From positions 14,543,202 through 14,607,201 of the forward strand of contig MU055783.1 in NCBI GenBank assembly GCA_013239625.1: a DNA stretch of 64,000 nt, written 5' to 3'. Source of the DNA: Lama guanicoe (Eukaryota). This document shows, in pieces, positions 40,102 to 53,910 of this stretch. Below the pieces are notes generated by a model, which was not told the DNA's origin, searched no databases, and worked only from the letters and a program-made list of their open reading frames with translations. A program made the translations under genes and the position numbers. The first letter of the stretch is position 1; the number at the start of each line of letters is the position of its first letter.

Positions 40102-40967
40102 AAAAAGAGAAAAATGTCCCTCATATAACACAAATTATGAGCCCTCTTCATGCTAAAAACTTGTACATTGAGGTTCATCCCAGAAAAAAACTTAATGTTT
40201 AAAGGGTAGCTTCTTTAGAAATGATTAATTTTGATATTCTGCAGGCACAAGAAGATTAATAAAAAGGAATTGAGGCTTTACAGTTGAGGAAAACCAGAGC
40301 TGCCCTGAAATCCCTTATCAACAGAAGAGGTAAAAAAAAATTTTTTTTTTCTTTAAAAAGCACCTTTGGAGGGCAATTAGCATTTGATATGGATATTCAA
40401 AAGGGGGAAACCTCCACCTGTGATTTCTCTCTCCCACCTCTAATCCTTGGCCAGGTAGGCATCCCTCCATCTTCACCTCTGTCTTCTCACCTCTACAGAG
40501 TTAAGTCAGATTAAAGGGAAGCACCCAGGAAAACCTCACACTCTTGTGCATCCAGAAAATGGAATTTTCCCCATCCATCCTTCTTCTCTCTCCATCCTTG
40601 ACACTTATAGCTATATGTGAGATCTTAGGTGCCTGATTCCTTTTGGGGTTGAAAATACACTTTGCTGCTGGCCTTGAGAACCATCCCCCCAGCTAGTGTG
40701 CCACTTCTGTGGAAAAGAGCAATGGAACCATGTTAAGAAAGTGTGTGCTTTCTGAAAGTTTAAACACAAGAGATGAGACTGAACATACCACTGCTCCTCA
40801 ATTATTCTTGCCCCCCTAAAAAAACCCAAATCTAATCAAGTCTATTTATATAGAACATACAGGCGATCGACGGCTAAATTTAAGACTGTAAGAGGAAGCA
40901 ATATGCCAAATCCTGATTGTGAGATATTCCACTGACCTATTGACCTGCTATCTCCAACAAGTCAGAG

Positions 40968-41044
40968 CATGAGAAACAGAGGGTGTGGGGTGGGGAGGAC
41001 AGTTACATGAGAAAACAGAGGGAGTGGGGCAGGGAGGACAGTTA
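40968..41044 (+). repeat. Tandem duplication, 2 x 38-39 bp
   Basis: catgagaaacagagggtgtggggtggggaggacagtta / catgagaaaacagagggagtggggcagggaggacagtta. Confidence 0.92.
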
Positions 41045-42219
41045 CAGTATAAAAGAGACTTACAGGAGGACAACCAACAGAATAAAACAAAAATCAACAA
41101 AACAATAAGCCTCACGCAAATGCTCACCATGCACAATGATGAGCCAGAGAGAGCTGGACCTGAAGGAATCAGTCCTCAAAGCCTTGGGGCCAAAAGAACC
41201 AGGAACTTCCTCTAGGAAGCCTTAGTGATCACACCAGAATGCTTAGGTTTAAAGCTTCACTGAATGAAAATCAAATTTCCCTGTAGTCAGAGTAATTTGG
41301 AAACCCGTTTCATATCCCCTTATAAGATCTGACTTGGGCTTAAAAAAAATTTGACTTGGGAAAAAAATAGATATTAAAATCTCTTTGCACATATTCAAAG
41401 CTGATGGCAACCTAGCACAGCTACCTTTAGTTCAACATGAATGCTCTTTTATTCTTTGCTTGAGGGTGATGAGCTAAGGGTAATACGTAAATAAAATTCT
41501 GCACAAATACCATTAGGAATGCCATATAGCCATCCTCTTTTCTTTGTGTGATTTAATCTTTTATAGTGGAACTATAACAAATCAGTGTATATAAATATAT
41601 AATATATTATATATAAGTGTATAATGCATGTTTTGTATAGATACATATTTACTCTGCTCCAGAGAATGTAAACATCAAAAGATGCAGTTTTTTTTTACTA
41701 ATCCAGCACAGAAAGCAGAACCTAAAAATAAAGTAACTAAGTTAAATTTGATGAGTTTAAAAAAAAAACACAAACAATGTCTGTAATCTGGTAATTCATG
41801 GGTATAAAATTTTCTTAGAAGTACAGTCTACAGAAAACAATTAGCCATATTTTTACTTCAAAAATTTACTTTCCTCCTGCCTCAGGTGTTTCATTTCAGT
41901 TCAGACCTCAAGAAAAAGATAACATTTTTACTTCTAATTAAAATATAATATACTTTTATGTCACTTTCAATTAAAAATCATACTATGGTAATAATTCTAA
42001 CTATTGAACTTTTTAATGAACATTTTCTCCATTAACATTAGAAAGAAGGCTTCCCCCCCTACTCCATCCTTCATTCATTTTCTATCCAGGCATTGTACAT
42101 CTCTGCAGCATCCAGCTCCACATCATTTCTGGAGGGGAAAAGAACTCACTCCACTTTCACTAACTCTTGACTTTTTAAATTCTCTATTGAATATATTCCC
42201 CCCAACCCCAACCTTCCTC

Positions 42220-42657
42220 TGGTAATGCAGTCTTCTTTCCCTTTCAGGGAACCAATACTTTTTAATCCCACCCTCAGGCTCCAGGGGTAAGTACATGCCT
42301 AGCCAATCAGATCACTGCATTCTCTAGCCACACGACCCAATACAGGCCAATCAGAGCCCTCCTTGGGTCTTTTGATGGAGAAGAACCAACAGGGAGGCAG
42401 TCTTCTTGTGAAGCTGTAAGTGCCAAAAAACAGAGCTCTTTTTGCCACAGTGGAGAGAGCCTGTCTGAGAAGGCAGCCAACACAGAGGAGAGCAGAGACA
42501 AGAGACAATGAAACAGTGTTCTAATGACACTGTCTCAGCCAGACAAGGGGTTTTAAAATACATACAATAAGCTGCTAAATTTAAATTCTCCTTTTGATCT
42601 ATGCCAGTTATAACTGGGGTTCTGTCACTTGCTACAGAAAGAATCCTGATTAATACA
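42220..42657 (+). mobile_element. ERVL-type solo LTR (LTR16/LTR33-like)
   Basis: Repeated gccaatcag boxes; 3' end ttctgtcacttgctacagaaagaatcctgattaataca. Confidence 0.65.
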
Positions 42658-43839
42658 TAACAGTTATCTAAAGGTAATTAGATTTCTTTTTCAGCAAATA
42701 TATCAAAACATGATAGTTATAAATAAGCACTGTGAAAGATCCCTTTTGGAAGATTCCCACTTGTTCCAACCATGCTAACCATTATTACTAAAACTTGTTT
42801 GTATTCCTCTTTTGAAAGTTTTTTATAGTCACAGCTCATATGTCTTCACTTCCAAGCATCCTAGCCGTTGGCCACTATTTAATCGGGAATACAGGCTGAG
42901 TGGTTAATAGCCTGATAACGACGCTTGTATAAATCAGCCATTAGGAACCATCAGGCTTTCCTCAGCATTCGAAATGGTACACAAACCTCCTCCAACTGAC
43001 TTTTTTTTCTTTTATTTTACACTCAGAACAGAACTAAAAGAAATTTTAAATCTACTTTCCCAAGACAGTTTGGGGAGAATACAGCACTCCCCCCCCCCCC
43101 AAAAAACCCCACAATGCTTACTGGTCCCTACTGCTAGGAACAATATTTTAAGGCATGACTTTCCTTCCTACTTCAACACATACAAACAGGAACATTCTCA
43201 AAGACCACCTCATCAGACCATGCAAGAATATCTGGAGCTCCCCTTACATGTGTCTGGTGTTGAGATAGGTGCTAGTTCATCAGAATCTCAATTTCATCTA
43301 ACTCACTGGGTTCTGCAGTTCTGTATTCTCAATGCCGTAGCTCTATGGCAAGAGACTGTTGTGAGTCTCACCCCAAGACAAATCCACATAGACAAAACCC
43401 TACACAGGAAAAATGAGCAGCTTTTCAGCCTGAGTTCTCAAAGGCTCCCACCCAGCTTGCTCACACACTCTTTAAACTGAAAAGGTTTACTCAACCATGC
43501 TCAATGACATAAAAAAGCCCTCCCTGAAACCCTGGCATCCTGCATAGGGCTCTTAAGACCAAGCCCTTTCCTGCTTCTCCAGTTGAAGTGGAGGTCTGCA
43601 AGTGTGACGGCCACGTGCACAATCACCTCTTCCACAGGGACCACCTTCCAAGCTGACACTACAAAGTATTTCAAGGTGAAGAAAAGGAAAAACTGTATAA
43701 TATATTCAAAGGAATTACACTTATTCTCAAAGAGACTTTGAAGCCAGAGGCATTAGTGTTAAAAATCCTGAAAGGAAGGAAATTCAAAATAGGGACATCT
43801 GACATAAAACACAAGACTTGGAAAAAAGTTTGAGAAATA

Positions 43840-44760
43840 CCATCCATGTTCTTAAAGAAAGAATTAATAAGTTTTCAAAAGTCAGTCTTCTCCAAAATTA
43901 ATTTTTAAACCTGATGCAATTCATTAAAAATTCCAATTAAGCATTTTTAAAATAAACTTATTATTTTAGAAAGGTTCTAGATCTGCAGAAAACTTTCTAA
44001 AGACAGTAAGACAGTTGCCACATACTCTGTACCATTTCCTCTATTCTTAACATCTCACATTAACACAGTGTATTTGTCACAGTTAATGAGCCAATGTTGA
44101 TAAAAACTTTCTTTGAAATTCACAAAATGAATCTAAAGTTCATCTTGAAGAATAAATAAGAGACAATAGCCAGAAATAGTTTGAAAAAAGAAGTACAATG
44201 TTAGGGAACATTCCTATCAGATATTTAAACAGACTATAAAATTACAGCAAAGAAGATAGTCTGATACTTGGCAAAGAGTCAGACCCATCAAAAGAAAAGA
44301 ATAAAGAGTCTAGAAATGAATCCAAGGAATTTGATAGGGTCCAAGGATTGATAAAGGTAATGTGTGAAGTCAATGAGGAAAGGATGGATTGTTCAAAATA
44401 GCTTGGGGATACTAGCTAGACATCTAGAAGCAAATCAAGGTGGAATCCAATTGCCAAAAAAAAATTCAGAATGAATTCAGTGTTTAAATGTAAGAAGTCA
44501 ATCAAAAAATATACCAAAATACACCAATAAGTGAATTAAAAAAAATCTTGAGATAGGAAAAATCTTTCTAGGTATAATAGAAAAGCCAAAAGCTTTGAAC
44601 TATGAAACATAAACTGATAATTCTTACTACAAAAATAAAAATTTCTGGCAGAAAAAAAAATCAGTAAGATTAAAACACAAACCAGAGAATACATCTGCAG
44701 TAAATATGGCAAGCAAAGGGTTAATATCCTTAGAAACAACTCTTGCACATCAATATTCTT
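43840..44760 (+). mobile_element. Degraded L1 ORF2 fragments with a nested antisense L1 piece (~43950-44105)
   Basis: A-rich L1 ORF2-like text (tctaaagttcatc; tactagctagacatc; caaagggttaatatcc); no open frame. Confidence 0.7.
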
Positions 44761-45899
44761 ACTGGGCGAACTATCCCAGTTCCTAGCTAACCAGTCTCCA
44801 GTTGCCCATGGAGTCCTTTGTCTCTCAAGGTCTTTGTTTCAGCAATTCTATCCCCTCTCATCATTAATTTTTTTCCTCTCTTCTTGATCATTCTCATCAG
44901 CAAACAAACATGCAGGTACTTCTACCTAAATATAAATTAAATACATCAAAATAATAAAACCCACCTTCTCCTGACCCTTTCTCCCCACTGAACTAGAACC
45001 TCATTTCTTTGTTCCCTTTTGTGGCAAAACTCCATGAAAGTGTGTTGTCTCAACACAATGCTTCCAGTTTATCTCCTCCTATGATCTCTTAAACCCATCT
45101 CTATTAAGCCTTTGTCCTTTCCTTCTAGTCTTTCCAGAGGCAACTATAGTTAATAGTTCAGTAAATGTTTCTAGAACTTCTTCTCTATAGATACAAATAT
45201 ACCCCAATATGTTTAAAAACTGGTTATCTCTGTGTGGTGAGATAACTGACTGCTTTTCTTTTTTCCTTTATAGTGTTTTGGTACTGTCTGAATTTTTTCA
45301 ATATATAATAAGCCTGTGTTACTTTTATAATCAAGGGGAAAAAAGCTGTTTTCATTTTGATAAAGTCACTATCTAAGCCCTAAGAACACTACATCTGTGG
45401 CTTTACTTTGAAAATGAAGAGTTAGAAATAAAACTAAAATAAAAAAACTTGTTAGCTTTTAATAGGAAAAAAAACCTACTAAAACAGGCAGTAGCCCCTC
45501 ATTTGAGAGAAGTATTATTTGGATGACTTGTGAGGAGCGCAGCTTCTATATCAATGTTTTCCTAGCTCAAGGTTATGAATTTTCCTTGGGTAGATGACAG
45601 GGAAAAGGATAAACAGTCAGTAGAGGGTCTCAGAAGGGCCCAAGATGGGATCATAGACGGGACAGGTCCAAAAGACTCCGTGAAGTCATGAAAGATATCC
45701 ACCACACTCATTTCCAGCATGGGTCCTTCATCACCACCTTCCTTTTCTATCTTTCCTGCTTAGCTTCTTTCTTCTGATCTGAAGCAACCTGTCATTTTTC
45801 CTCCCCTTTATGAGGTAAACTAATTCCTTGTTTTAAAACAGAATAATGAGAAACAGAGTGTGGAGATGATAAGTCTTTGTAGACTTTTTAAGTGAAATA

Positions 45900-46039
45900 T
45901 TTTTTTTAAATTTTTTAAAGCTTTTGGTGGGAGGAATTAGGTTTGTTTATTTACTTTTACTGGAGGTACTGGGGATTGAACCCAGGATCTCATGCATGCT
46001 AAGCATGCGCTCTACCACTGAGCTGTATACCCTTCCTCC
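45900..46039 (-). mobile_element. tRNA-derived SINE, camelid Vic-1-like
   Basis: Minus strand: gggtatacagctcagtggtagagcgcatgcttagcatgcatgagatcctgggttcaatccccagtacctcc, with A-box and B-box and an A-rich tail. Confidence 0.9.
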
Positions 46040-49000
46040 GTTAAGTATTTTTTTGAGTTTGAGAATATTTTCAAAAATGCTCTCCTGAGAGTCAAAACAC
46101 AGAACTCCACAAAGGCCTACAAATAGACATTTGCTGAAACAGATCTAAGCAGAAGCCAACCATTTGGTATAAGAAAGAAAAGGACACAAATGTATATGTA
46201 TGCATGGAAAAAGGTCTGGAAGTGTATGCAACATAGTATTAATAGTGGTGTCCTCTGGGCTACTGGGGGGAGTGTTAATTTCCCTTCCTATAAAGTTGTA
46301 TTTTCCAACTGTTCTATAATTTACACATATTAATCACATAACAAAGAAATTAAATAAGTTAATTGAATATATGCCCAAAGAGATAAAGAGGGAAGGGCTA
46401 ACAACAGGGAGGGGAAAGTAGCTGCAGGGACGTGAGAATCGAAAGCAAGGAAGCCGTTGAATTAGTTCACATTGAGAGAAACGGTGCACAGTTCTAAATC
46501 AGAGTGCCCATCTCTGTCCTGCAGATCCAGGAGAGCCCCATGCTTTCTTCTGGTTAAGTATGGCCAACAGAGCCTAGCCAAGTCCCAAGCAGTTACAACA
46601 CGTAAGTGTAACCATATAAAAGAAGAAATTAACAGCTTTATCCTGGGAGTGAGGTGGAGGAGTAACCTCGGGAATGCTGATATTCCCAGAGCTGCTTCTC
46701 TCCACCTTTGTGTTTGCATCACAAGCTCCAAGAGCCACTTAAAAGCAGGCTGTCCATTTTCAAGAAGTAAATCTCTTGGACGAATACCTTCTGTTCACGA
46801 GCTGGAGAGGGAAGGTGCCGGGCTGCATGCTGGAACTCCCAGCCAGCGAAGACAGCTATCTCTTCTGGCACAGGTTCTCAGGGATGAGACCATGTCTAGT
46901 GGGGATTTTCTCCAGATTCGACAGCCTTGGCCCTACCAAAACACGCAGCTTTGTTTTCACCGTACATCACTCATCCTGAGCCTTTCGTTTTCCTTGCAAG
47001 CATCCTCAGGTCAAATACTACGTGTTNNNNNNNNNNNNNNNNNNNNNNNNNNNNNNNNNNNNNNNNNNNNNNNNNNNNNNNNNNNNNNNNNNNNNNNNNN
47101 NNNNNNNNNNNNNNNNNNNNNNNNNNNNNNNNNNNNNNNNNNNNNNNNNNNNNNNNNNNNNNNNNNGACCACAGTCAAGGTTGATGTGTTTCTCCATTTT
47201 GCAGGATATTTTCTTCAGAAGAGACAAAACAGAGGCTGACAGGGTTGCCGGGCTTGGGAGCCGCGTTAGGAAATCAGCAGGCATTAGAAACATACAGAAA
47301 ATGTTTCTAAAGAAATACAAAGCAAACAACAACGCAGGGCGCCATACACAGAATTATTCCTAAAGGTGGACGAGCGCTTAGAAAGAGTCCCTGGCAATTT
47401 TTCCTCCCAGTGACCCACTTAGAAAATTTAATTTCATTTGTTGGTGGGTGAGGAAAAGGGTCAGAGTTAAGAAAGTGGTTTCATAAAGAACCTTCTCTTT
47501 GACTTAAAGTGAAATGCAATATTCCTCCATTCGAGGTCATAAAAGTAGCTCTGATCCCCGGGGGCACGCAGAGATGAGAAAATGAGTAAAGGGAGGAGGA
47601 GGAGGGAGGAGCAGATCAGTGGCAAGACTCCCTCCTCCCCACTGTATCATGTTTTCTTGCCCAAGCTCTCCCTAACATCCTCCCCCCTCCCAGAATAACC
47701 ACACTGCTCCCCAACGTCTAAGGAAAGATGTGTCTGTGGACATGCTTAGGACACAAGGAAACAAACTTACCCTTTTTTAAAAAAATAAAATTTCCCAGGA
47801 AAGAAGACAAGAACAAGTATTTTGTGGCTGTTAGTCTGAGGTACATGATCTTTTAATAAAAACATGATAATGCCTCTCTTTGATGAGCAATTTAGAAACT
47901 ATATTATTTTTCTCCAAAACATGACTCAAACCTCCAGTTTTACTGTTACAGATCTACCTTGTCACCATGATTTTTCTTTCCATTCATTTCAAATAGTGCC
48001 AAGATACTAGCTATAGGTTAGTGCAAAAATAGTTATTTCTCTATGTCTTCATGAAATCTTTCCTCCAATGTATTTTCCATGTTAACAGTGTTTTCATACC
48101 ATGGCAAAGGAAAGTAAATTTGGTATCACAGAGAGGAAAGAGAACTACCCAGATTATATCCTCCCTGGGGAGAAAACCACTTTCTACTGGGATAACAGGT
48201 TCAACTGAATCCAGTTTTCAGCTATTTGTGGGCTTGGAGGAAAGAGCTAAGGAGATGCTTACTTTTAACGGCTAAAAGAGAGGCAAACTGTGGCTGACGA
48301 TACATTAGTGAGTTGTAAAATCAATCCACACATCACAATCAGGATTTTTTTAATGGAATAAAGTAGAAAACATCAGTATGCACAGCATGTAGTAAGGGTA
48401 AGTACTGTTTTGTGGAAACTGTGTATGCGTGTGTGTATATTGGATCTCAGTGTAAAAAATACTTGAAGTTTAAGAAACTCTAAATCTAGGGCCCAGATCC
48501 TGGACTCAGACAGAAGTGGGCTCCAACGTGGCTCGGCCACTTACTCACTAACTGAACTTGGTTAGGTGGGTAGATCTCTCAAGCCTCCTCATCTGAAAGA
48601 TGGGTGTGACCATACTATCCTAGGATTGTCCAGAGATCAAAGAGGAAACACATACAAAGCCCTTCACACAGAGCCCAATAATGTTAGCATCCAGCTTTAG
48701 ATAAACGTTCAGTTCACAAATGGAAGCAAACGTTATTTGATTTGCAGTATGTGCTAAAAGGAGAAAAATCCAGTGTGAGACAAAATATTAGTAAATCAGA
48801 CAAGTGTTGTTTTTGTCCTCCTAAGAGTTACTCTTCTGCAAGACTAACTATTGGAGTCATTTGATGCTTTTTATACAGCTCTCTGAATAAAGTATTCAAG
48901 AAATCCATTTTGACTTCAGAAACCCGTTTCTACAATGTAAGCACCAGACCAACAAGAGCTCTTCTAGGTGTGTTTTTTTCTTATACAGGATTGAACAAAA

Positions 49001-50180
49001 CAAATTATTCACACTTCGTGCTTCATCCTTAATAATATAGCTTCTGACCCCCTAGCAAGTGACTAATAGCATGTGTCTGAAGACCTTAACAGATATCAAA
49101 ATTATCTCACCTATGTTAAGACCTAGATTCAAATACATGCCAAGGTTCCTTATCTGAAATGTTTGAAAAAGGCAAATAAACCAACTCTGTACTCCAGCAT
49201 GAAGAAATTTAAAAAATTAAAATGCACTGCTCACTTTACAATCATGTTCTATCTATTCTTGGCACATAGTTTGGGGAGAGTTCCTGAATTGCGAGTAGAG
49301 AAGAGAGAATAAAATTGATGGGGCCCAGAAAGAAAGGGTGAGAAGCATAGAGAGTCAGGGGAAACACACAATGCTGAAATTGTCAACAGCCCCTTGGATG
49401 GAAGTGGGGAGAGAAAAAATTCAAATCAACAGTAGGCTTTTTACTCGTGGGTCTAGAGAAAGAAAGGAAGTGGAGATTTGGTTAAAATAGCAGAAAAGTT
49501 GGGAGCTGTGGGTGGAGAGAAGGATCTAATAGTGAGTCTTAGTAAATGGAAAACAATTCTGCTGATCACTGAAGGATGATCCAAAAAACAGGACCAAGCC
49601 AACAACAACAAAAAAAGAAGGATGAGATGAAGGAGGCTGGTTCTGCTGCTGAAGCAGAGAAAATAAAATCAAAAGAAACAGTTAACAGAAACACCCCAGA
49701 GTAGATGCTATAAGGCTGGGGAAACAGATGTTTAGGAATGAAAACAAAAAGTCTTTGCAGAAAGTCTCACTTGGGGTAAAAATTAAGTCTTCCCTGAGAG
49801 ATTTTAAGGTAAATAGAGAAAAATCAAGTATGACAAAGATTTGACTGATCTAACAGGAATATGTGTAATGCCACAAATTTAGTATTTTTTGAAACATTTG
49901 CCAGGAAATGAGCACGGTTCCTACTGCATCATTTTTTAAATTGTTTTCCTGGAGCATGTTGATGAGAAATGTCACCACCTCCATTTTCACCCATGGTTTG
50001 TCTACAATAAACAAGAAGAGGCGGAGAGAGACAGAGAAAGAAATGGATAGATTCTTCCCATCCCTGTGCACCAACAGCTACCCTGATTACCCAGTGTCAG
50101 TCCTAACTCCTGCATCACCCCAGATACCAGTCAACAACGCCTACGTCATTTGCTCTGCCATCATCGCATTGTCCACTCAC

Positions 50181-50231
50181 TTGCTCTGCCCTTCTGTCCA
50201 TTTCATTGAGCTGGAGCTCCCAGCAGCAACT
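50181..50231 (-). CDS. WT1: WT1 exon 5, alternatively spliced 17-aa cassette (VAAGSSSSMKWTEGQSN)
   Basis: 51 nt, symmetric phase 2-2; acceptor ctcttctag, donor GTGAGT; mammal-specific cassette exon. Confidence 0.97.
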
Positions 50232-51255
50232 CTAGAAGAGAAGAAGAGGTGGGCAGTGGGAGCTGGAGCATGCATGGCTCTAGCAAGCCCCCCAGATCCC
50301 AGAATCCAATGAGAAGCCACCAAATACACAGAGACATGAAGCCAGCTGTCTAGGCAAGAGCACTAAACTGAGGCCTCCAACCCCCCAGGGCTGATGGTGG
50401 GGTGGAAGGCAATATGGGGGACTGGAATCAGATCAGGGCTTAGAATCTCGGCTCTATAATGTAGTATGGTGTGAACCTGGGAAGATACTTAGTTCTCTGA
50501 GCTTGACTTACTTATTTGGAAAACAGAATAACAGTTCCTAGGCATCATAATGCTGTCAGGAAGATTAGATGCGGTGATCTAGAAGAGCACCGGGTACACA
50601 ACAGGTGCTTCGTGAGCGCCACAGTCAACTGCTCATCACCTCAGATTTGAAACTAGAAGTGAGTTCTTTTACTGTCTAAAGCAAGTTCTACCTGCTTTCT
50701 CTTCTCATTTCTAGGTGCGGAGAACTGCCCCTACCTATATTTGATTGCTGTGTTCTCCCTATTCTGGTCGAGTATCAAATGTAGTAAAAGTCTGTTGGTG
50801 CAACCAGGAATGAGCACATCTGACTTTGGATACTCCAACTCATCTTCTCTCAAATAGGAGTTTGGATCCTGGACTTTGTAAACTCAAATTATTTCGTGAT
50901 AAGATAAAGTAATGGTTAACAACTGTCATACCACTAGCGAAAAATAAACATTAAGTATGGTTGAATGGACACAACTTTAGAAAAACTCTAAAACATTCAA
51001 TAAGGAAAGGCCAGATTAAGTTTTCCCAATATTCTCAACTCCCCTGTTCCAGACAAAAGCATCCCCTATTTATATTCCTGAAAATGTAATACGAACACAA
51101 CTGACCAACTAGGGGAGGGATGAAAGCAACTTAATTCTACAGAGAGCCACACTTCTGCTTCTAAAACTACTCGCTTCACACATTATAAGGACATTTACAA
51201 TGGTTCAAACAGGTGTAAGTTACCATTTAAGGGCAATGGAGTAGAGAAGACCTTA

Positions 51256-51414
<159 letters not shown>

Positions 51415-53700
51415 TTAACTTTTCTTTACAGTGAAAGCTTCCACATTCTCCAGGATGACGAAATACACGAGTCTGAAATGATTTTCATTTCATCTCACCA
51501 ATCTCTGCAGTTATTCACTTCACACACAGCAGAAAGGATGTGAGAGTAATTTGGAAGCCTTTTTTAAAAAAAAACAAAAAAATCTTAGTAGAGCAAACAC
51601 TGAAGTTTCTAAAGAGGTATTAAACCTTTGAAGGGNNNNNNNNNNNNNNNNNNNNNNNNNNNNNNNNNNNNNNNNNNNNNNNNNNNNNNNNNNNNNNNNN
51701 NNNNNNNNNNNNNNNNNNNNNNNNNNNNNNNNNNNNNNNNNNNNNNNNNNNNNNNNNNNNNNNNNNNNNNNNNNNNNNNNNNNNNNNNNNNNNTATGAGG
51801 GCCTGAAAAGTCAAAGAGTGATGGATGATGGATGGTCTAATACTCAAGGATGTGACAAGCAAAAAAAAGAGCATGATAAACTTTAGACACAACTGAAGGA
51901 ATCATTCTCTGTAAATTTTATAATCCTGGTATAAGTCAAAGGGAGTTTTTTTTTAAAGCCCCAACCCAGTTCTATATTCTATGAGGGAAAACAATGGCTG
52001 ATCATTTACATTAAGACCACAAATGAGAAATATACTACCATATGAACCAACCAACTCTCCCTTGTTTTTCCTTTTTTTGCACTTACAACTCTAATAAATA
52101 TCTTTATTACATGTTTTAAAACACTTCTCTAAGTGCATTATAGAAGAGCTATCACGTCTATTCTGTGAAACGACACACTTCTCAGTTTTCTGCATGTACA
52201 AGTCATGAACATCTTTATTACGTTTTTATTTTTATTAACCAACTTGTTTGTTTGTTTATTTATTTATTTACTATTTATCTCCTTCCTAGAAAACTAGCAC
52301 ATAAAGTCAATTATCAGATATCGTCTAAATAACCAAGCACCATTAGGAGTAAATTCAGTCCTGAACTGAAATGGTTAATTATGAAATTTGAGACGCAAGA
52401 GATTAACGGTTTTGTTTGGAAATCCTTGGTCTAAACACATTACAGAAGAACATTTTCCCTCCACCTTCATGGCAGAAGGGAAAGAAGGTAAGAAGCTTTC
52501 AATACCTAATATGCTATACCAGATCGCCAATGTCTGCCTTGTCACGACATTCCTTTGGGCTGTTTCATCCATCGGGCAGAGGCCAACACCGAAGTTTAAT
52601 TAAGAGAAGGTTTCGTCAGGCTAACCAGACTGAGAACTTGTTGGGGATGAGGGACATTACAGCATTTACCCCTTGGAATAACTGAACACTGTGCTCTCTC
52701 TCAGCCTAGCTTGATAAATCATGGCGGAGTCCATCTGCCTCTCATATAATCACTCTGAAAATTATTTGGAACTCCTCAGTGGTGGGTACCTAGGATAAGG
52801 AGGAAATCAGATTCCAGGAGGGAATTTTACATATGAAATGTAAAGTGACTTCAAACTCAAAGTATGCGTAGTTTCATTAGTCAGTGCATATCTGGACCCC
52901 ATCATTCATCCCCGTGTCTGACTGGCTATTATGCTACCACAATATCCTACATATCAATGAAAAAAGCGTGATTAGTTTCTCCTGCAGCTTCCTTGTTCGC
53001 AGCAGCGGCCGGTGCTGGTCTGTGCCACTACGTTTCGCAATTCCACGAATTCTTGCTGTAAGGCCAGTGTAATTAATTCCTGAAGGACCCCAATTTTTAT
53101 TAGAAGTGCCAGCCTGCTGCATTTAACACGGGAGAGTTTCTTGAACTTTCTCTAGGCTGACAGTTCATTAATAAAGCGGCCTCCTCCACAATCTCTACTG
53201 GTTTTTGTTCTCCTGCGCCTTTTCATCAAGCAATCCATTTATTAATCTTGTCATTAATCTCAGCCAACAGGCATTGTATTCCCCAGGCAGGTCTCTATTT
53301 TTGTCACTGATTTTTAAAAAATTGTTCACCAACTAAAATCACTCAACCCCAGTTGACAATTTTCCGAGGTCCTATTGGGATGTGGGATCTTTCTGAAATT
53401 ATTTCATCTTTGCATAAGACTAAGAGCATCATAATTTTCAAGAGGTCTGAGAAGCAAGATGAATGACACAAGTTTACACACATGAGTCAATGAGTCCCAA
53501 ATATCTAACTTTATGATTCAGGAATTTTCTCACAGACTTAAATAGTCCAGTGGATTCCTATGGGTCTCTATAAAGAAGTTCCCCAAAGGGAAAATAATTT
53601 TAAGGACATTTTCTTGGCCCCCAGAAAACAACCTCTCTCAAATACAGGGTCTGTGTCTTACACATGTGTCTTTCCAATGGGTGCCTGCTAAACATCTATA

Positions 53701-53910
53701 CCGCACTGCCCAGTGTGGTAGCCACTAGTCAGACATGGCTACTGAGCACTTGAAATTATGGCAAGTGTCACATGCTGAAATAACATTTGGGCTTTTAGGT
53801 TAAATAGAATTTTTAAAATATTAATTTCCTGTTTTTTATTTTCTTCTTTTAGTGCGGCTATCAGCAAATTACATAGATGATGTGCATTATGTTTCTATTG
53901 GACAGTGCTA
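53701..53910. mobile_element. MER3-like hAT-Charlie non-autonomous DNA transposon
   Basis: About 210 bp; degenerate terminal inverted repeats (gcactgccca / tggacagtgc); internal gtagccactag..acatggctactgagcacttgaaat. Confidence 0.75.

Noticed and set aside
45960-46035. tRNA gene
   Set aside because: tRNA-like head followed by a SINE body and A-rich tail, no complete cloverleaf, and a second diverged copy at 37848
46472-47239. 255-aa plus-strand ORF, the longest in the track
   Set aside because: Non-ATG start, length inflated by the N gap, no recognisable domain, antisense within WT1 intron 5
47764-47772. Strong minus-strand donor (AGG|GTAAGT) in intron 5 suggesting a cryptic exon
   Set aside because: No convincing paired acceptor or frame found by eye; isolated consensus donors are common in long introns
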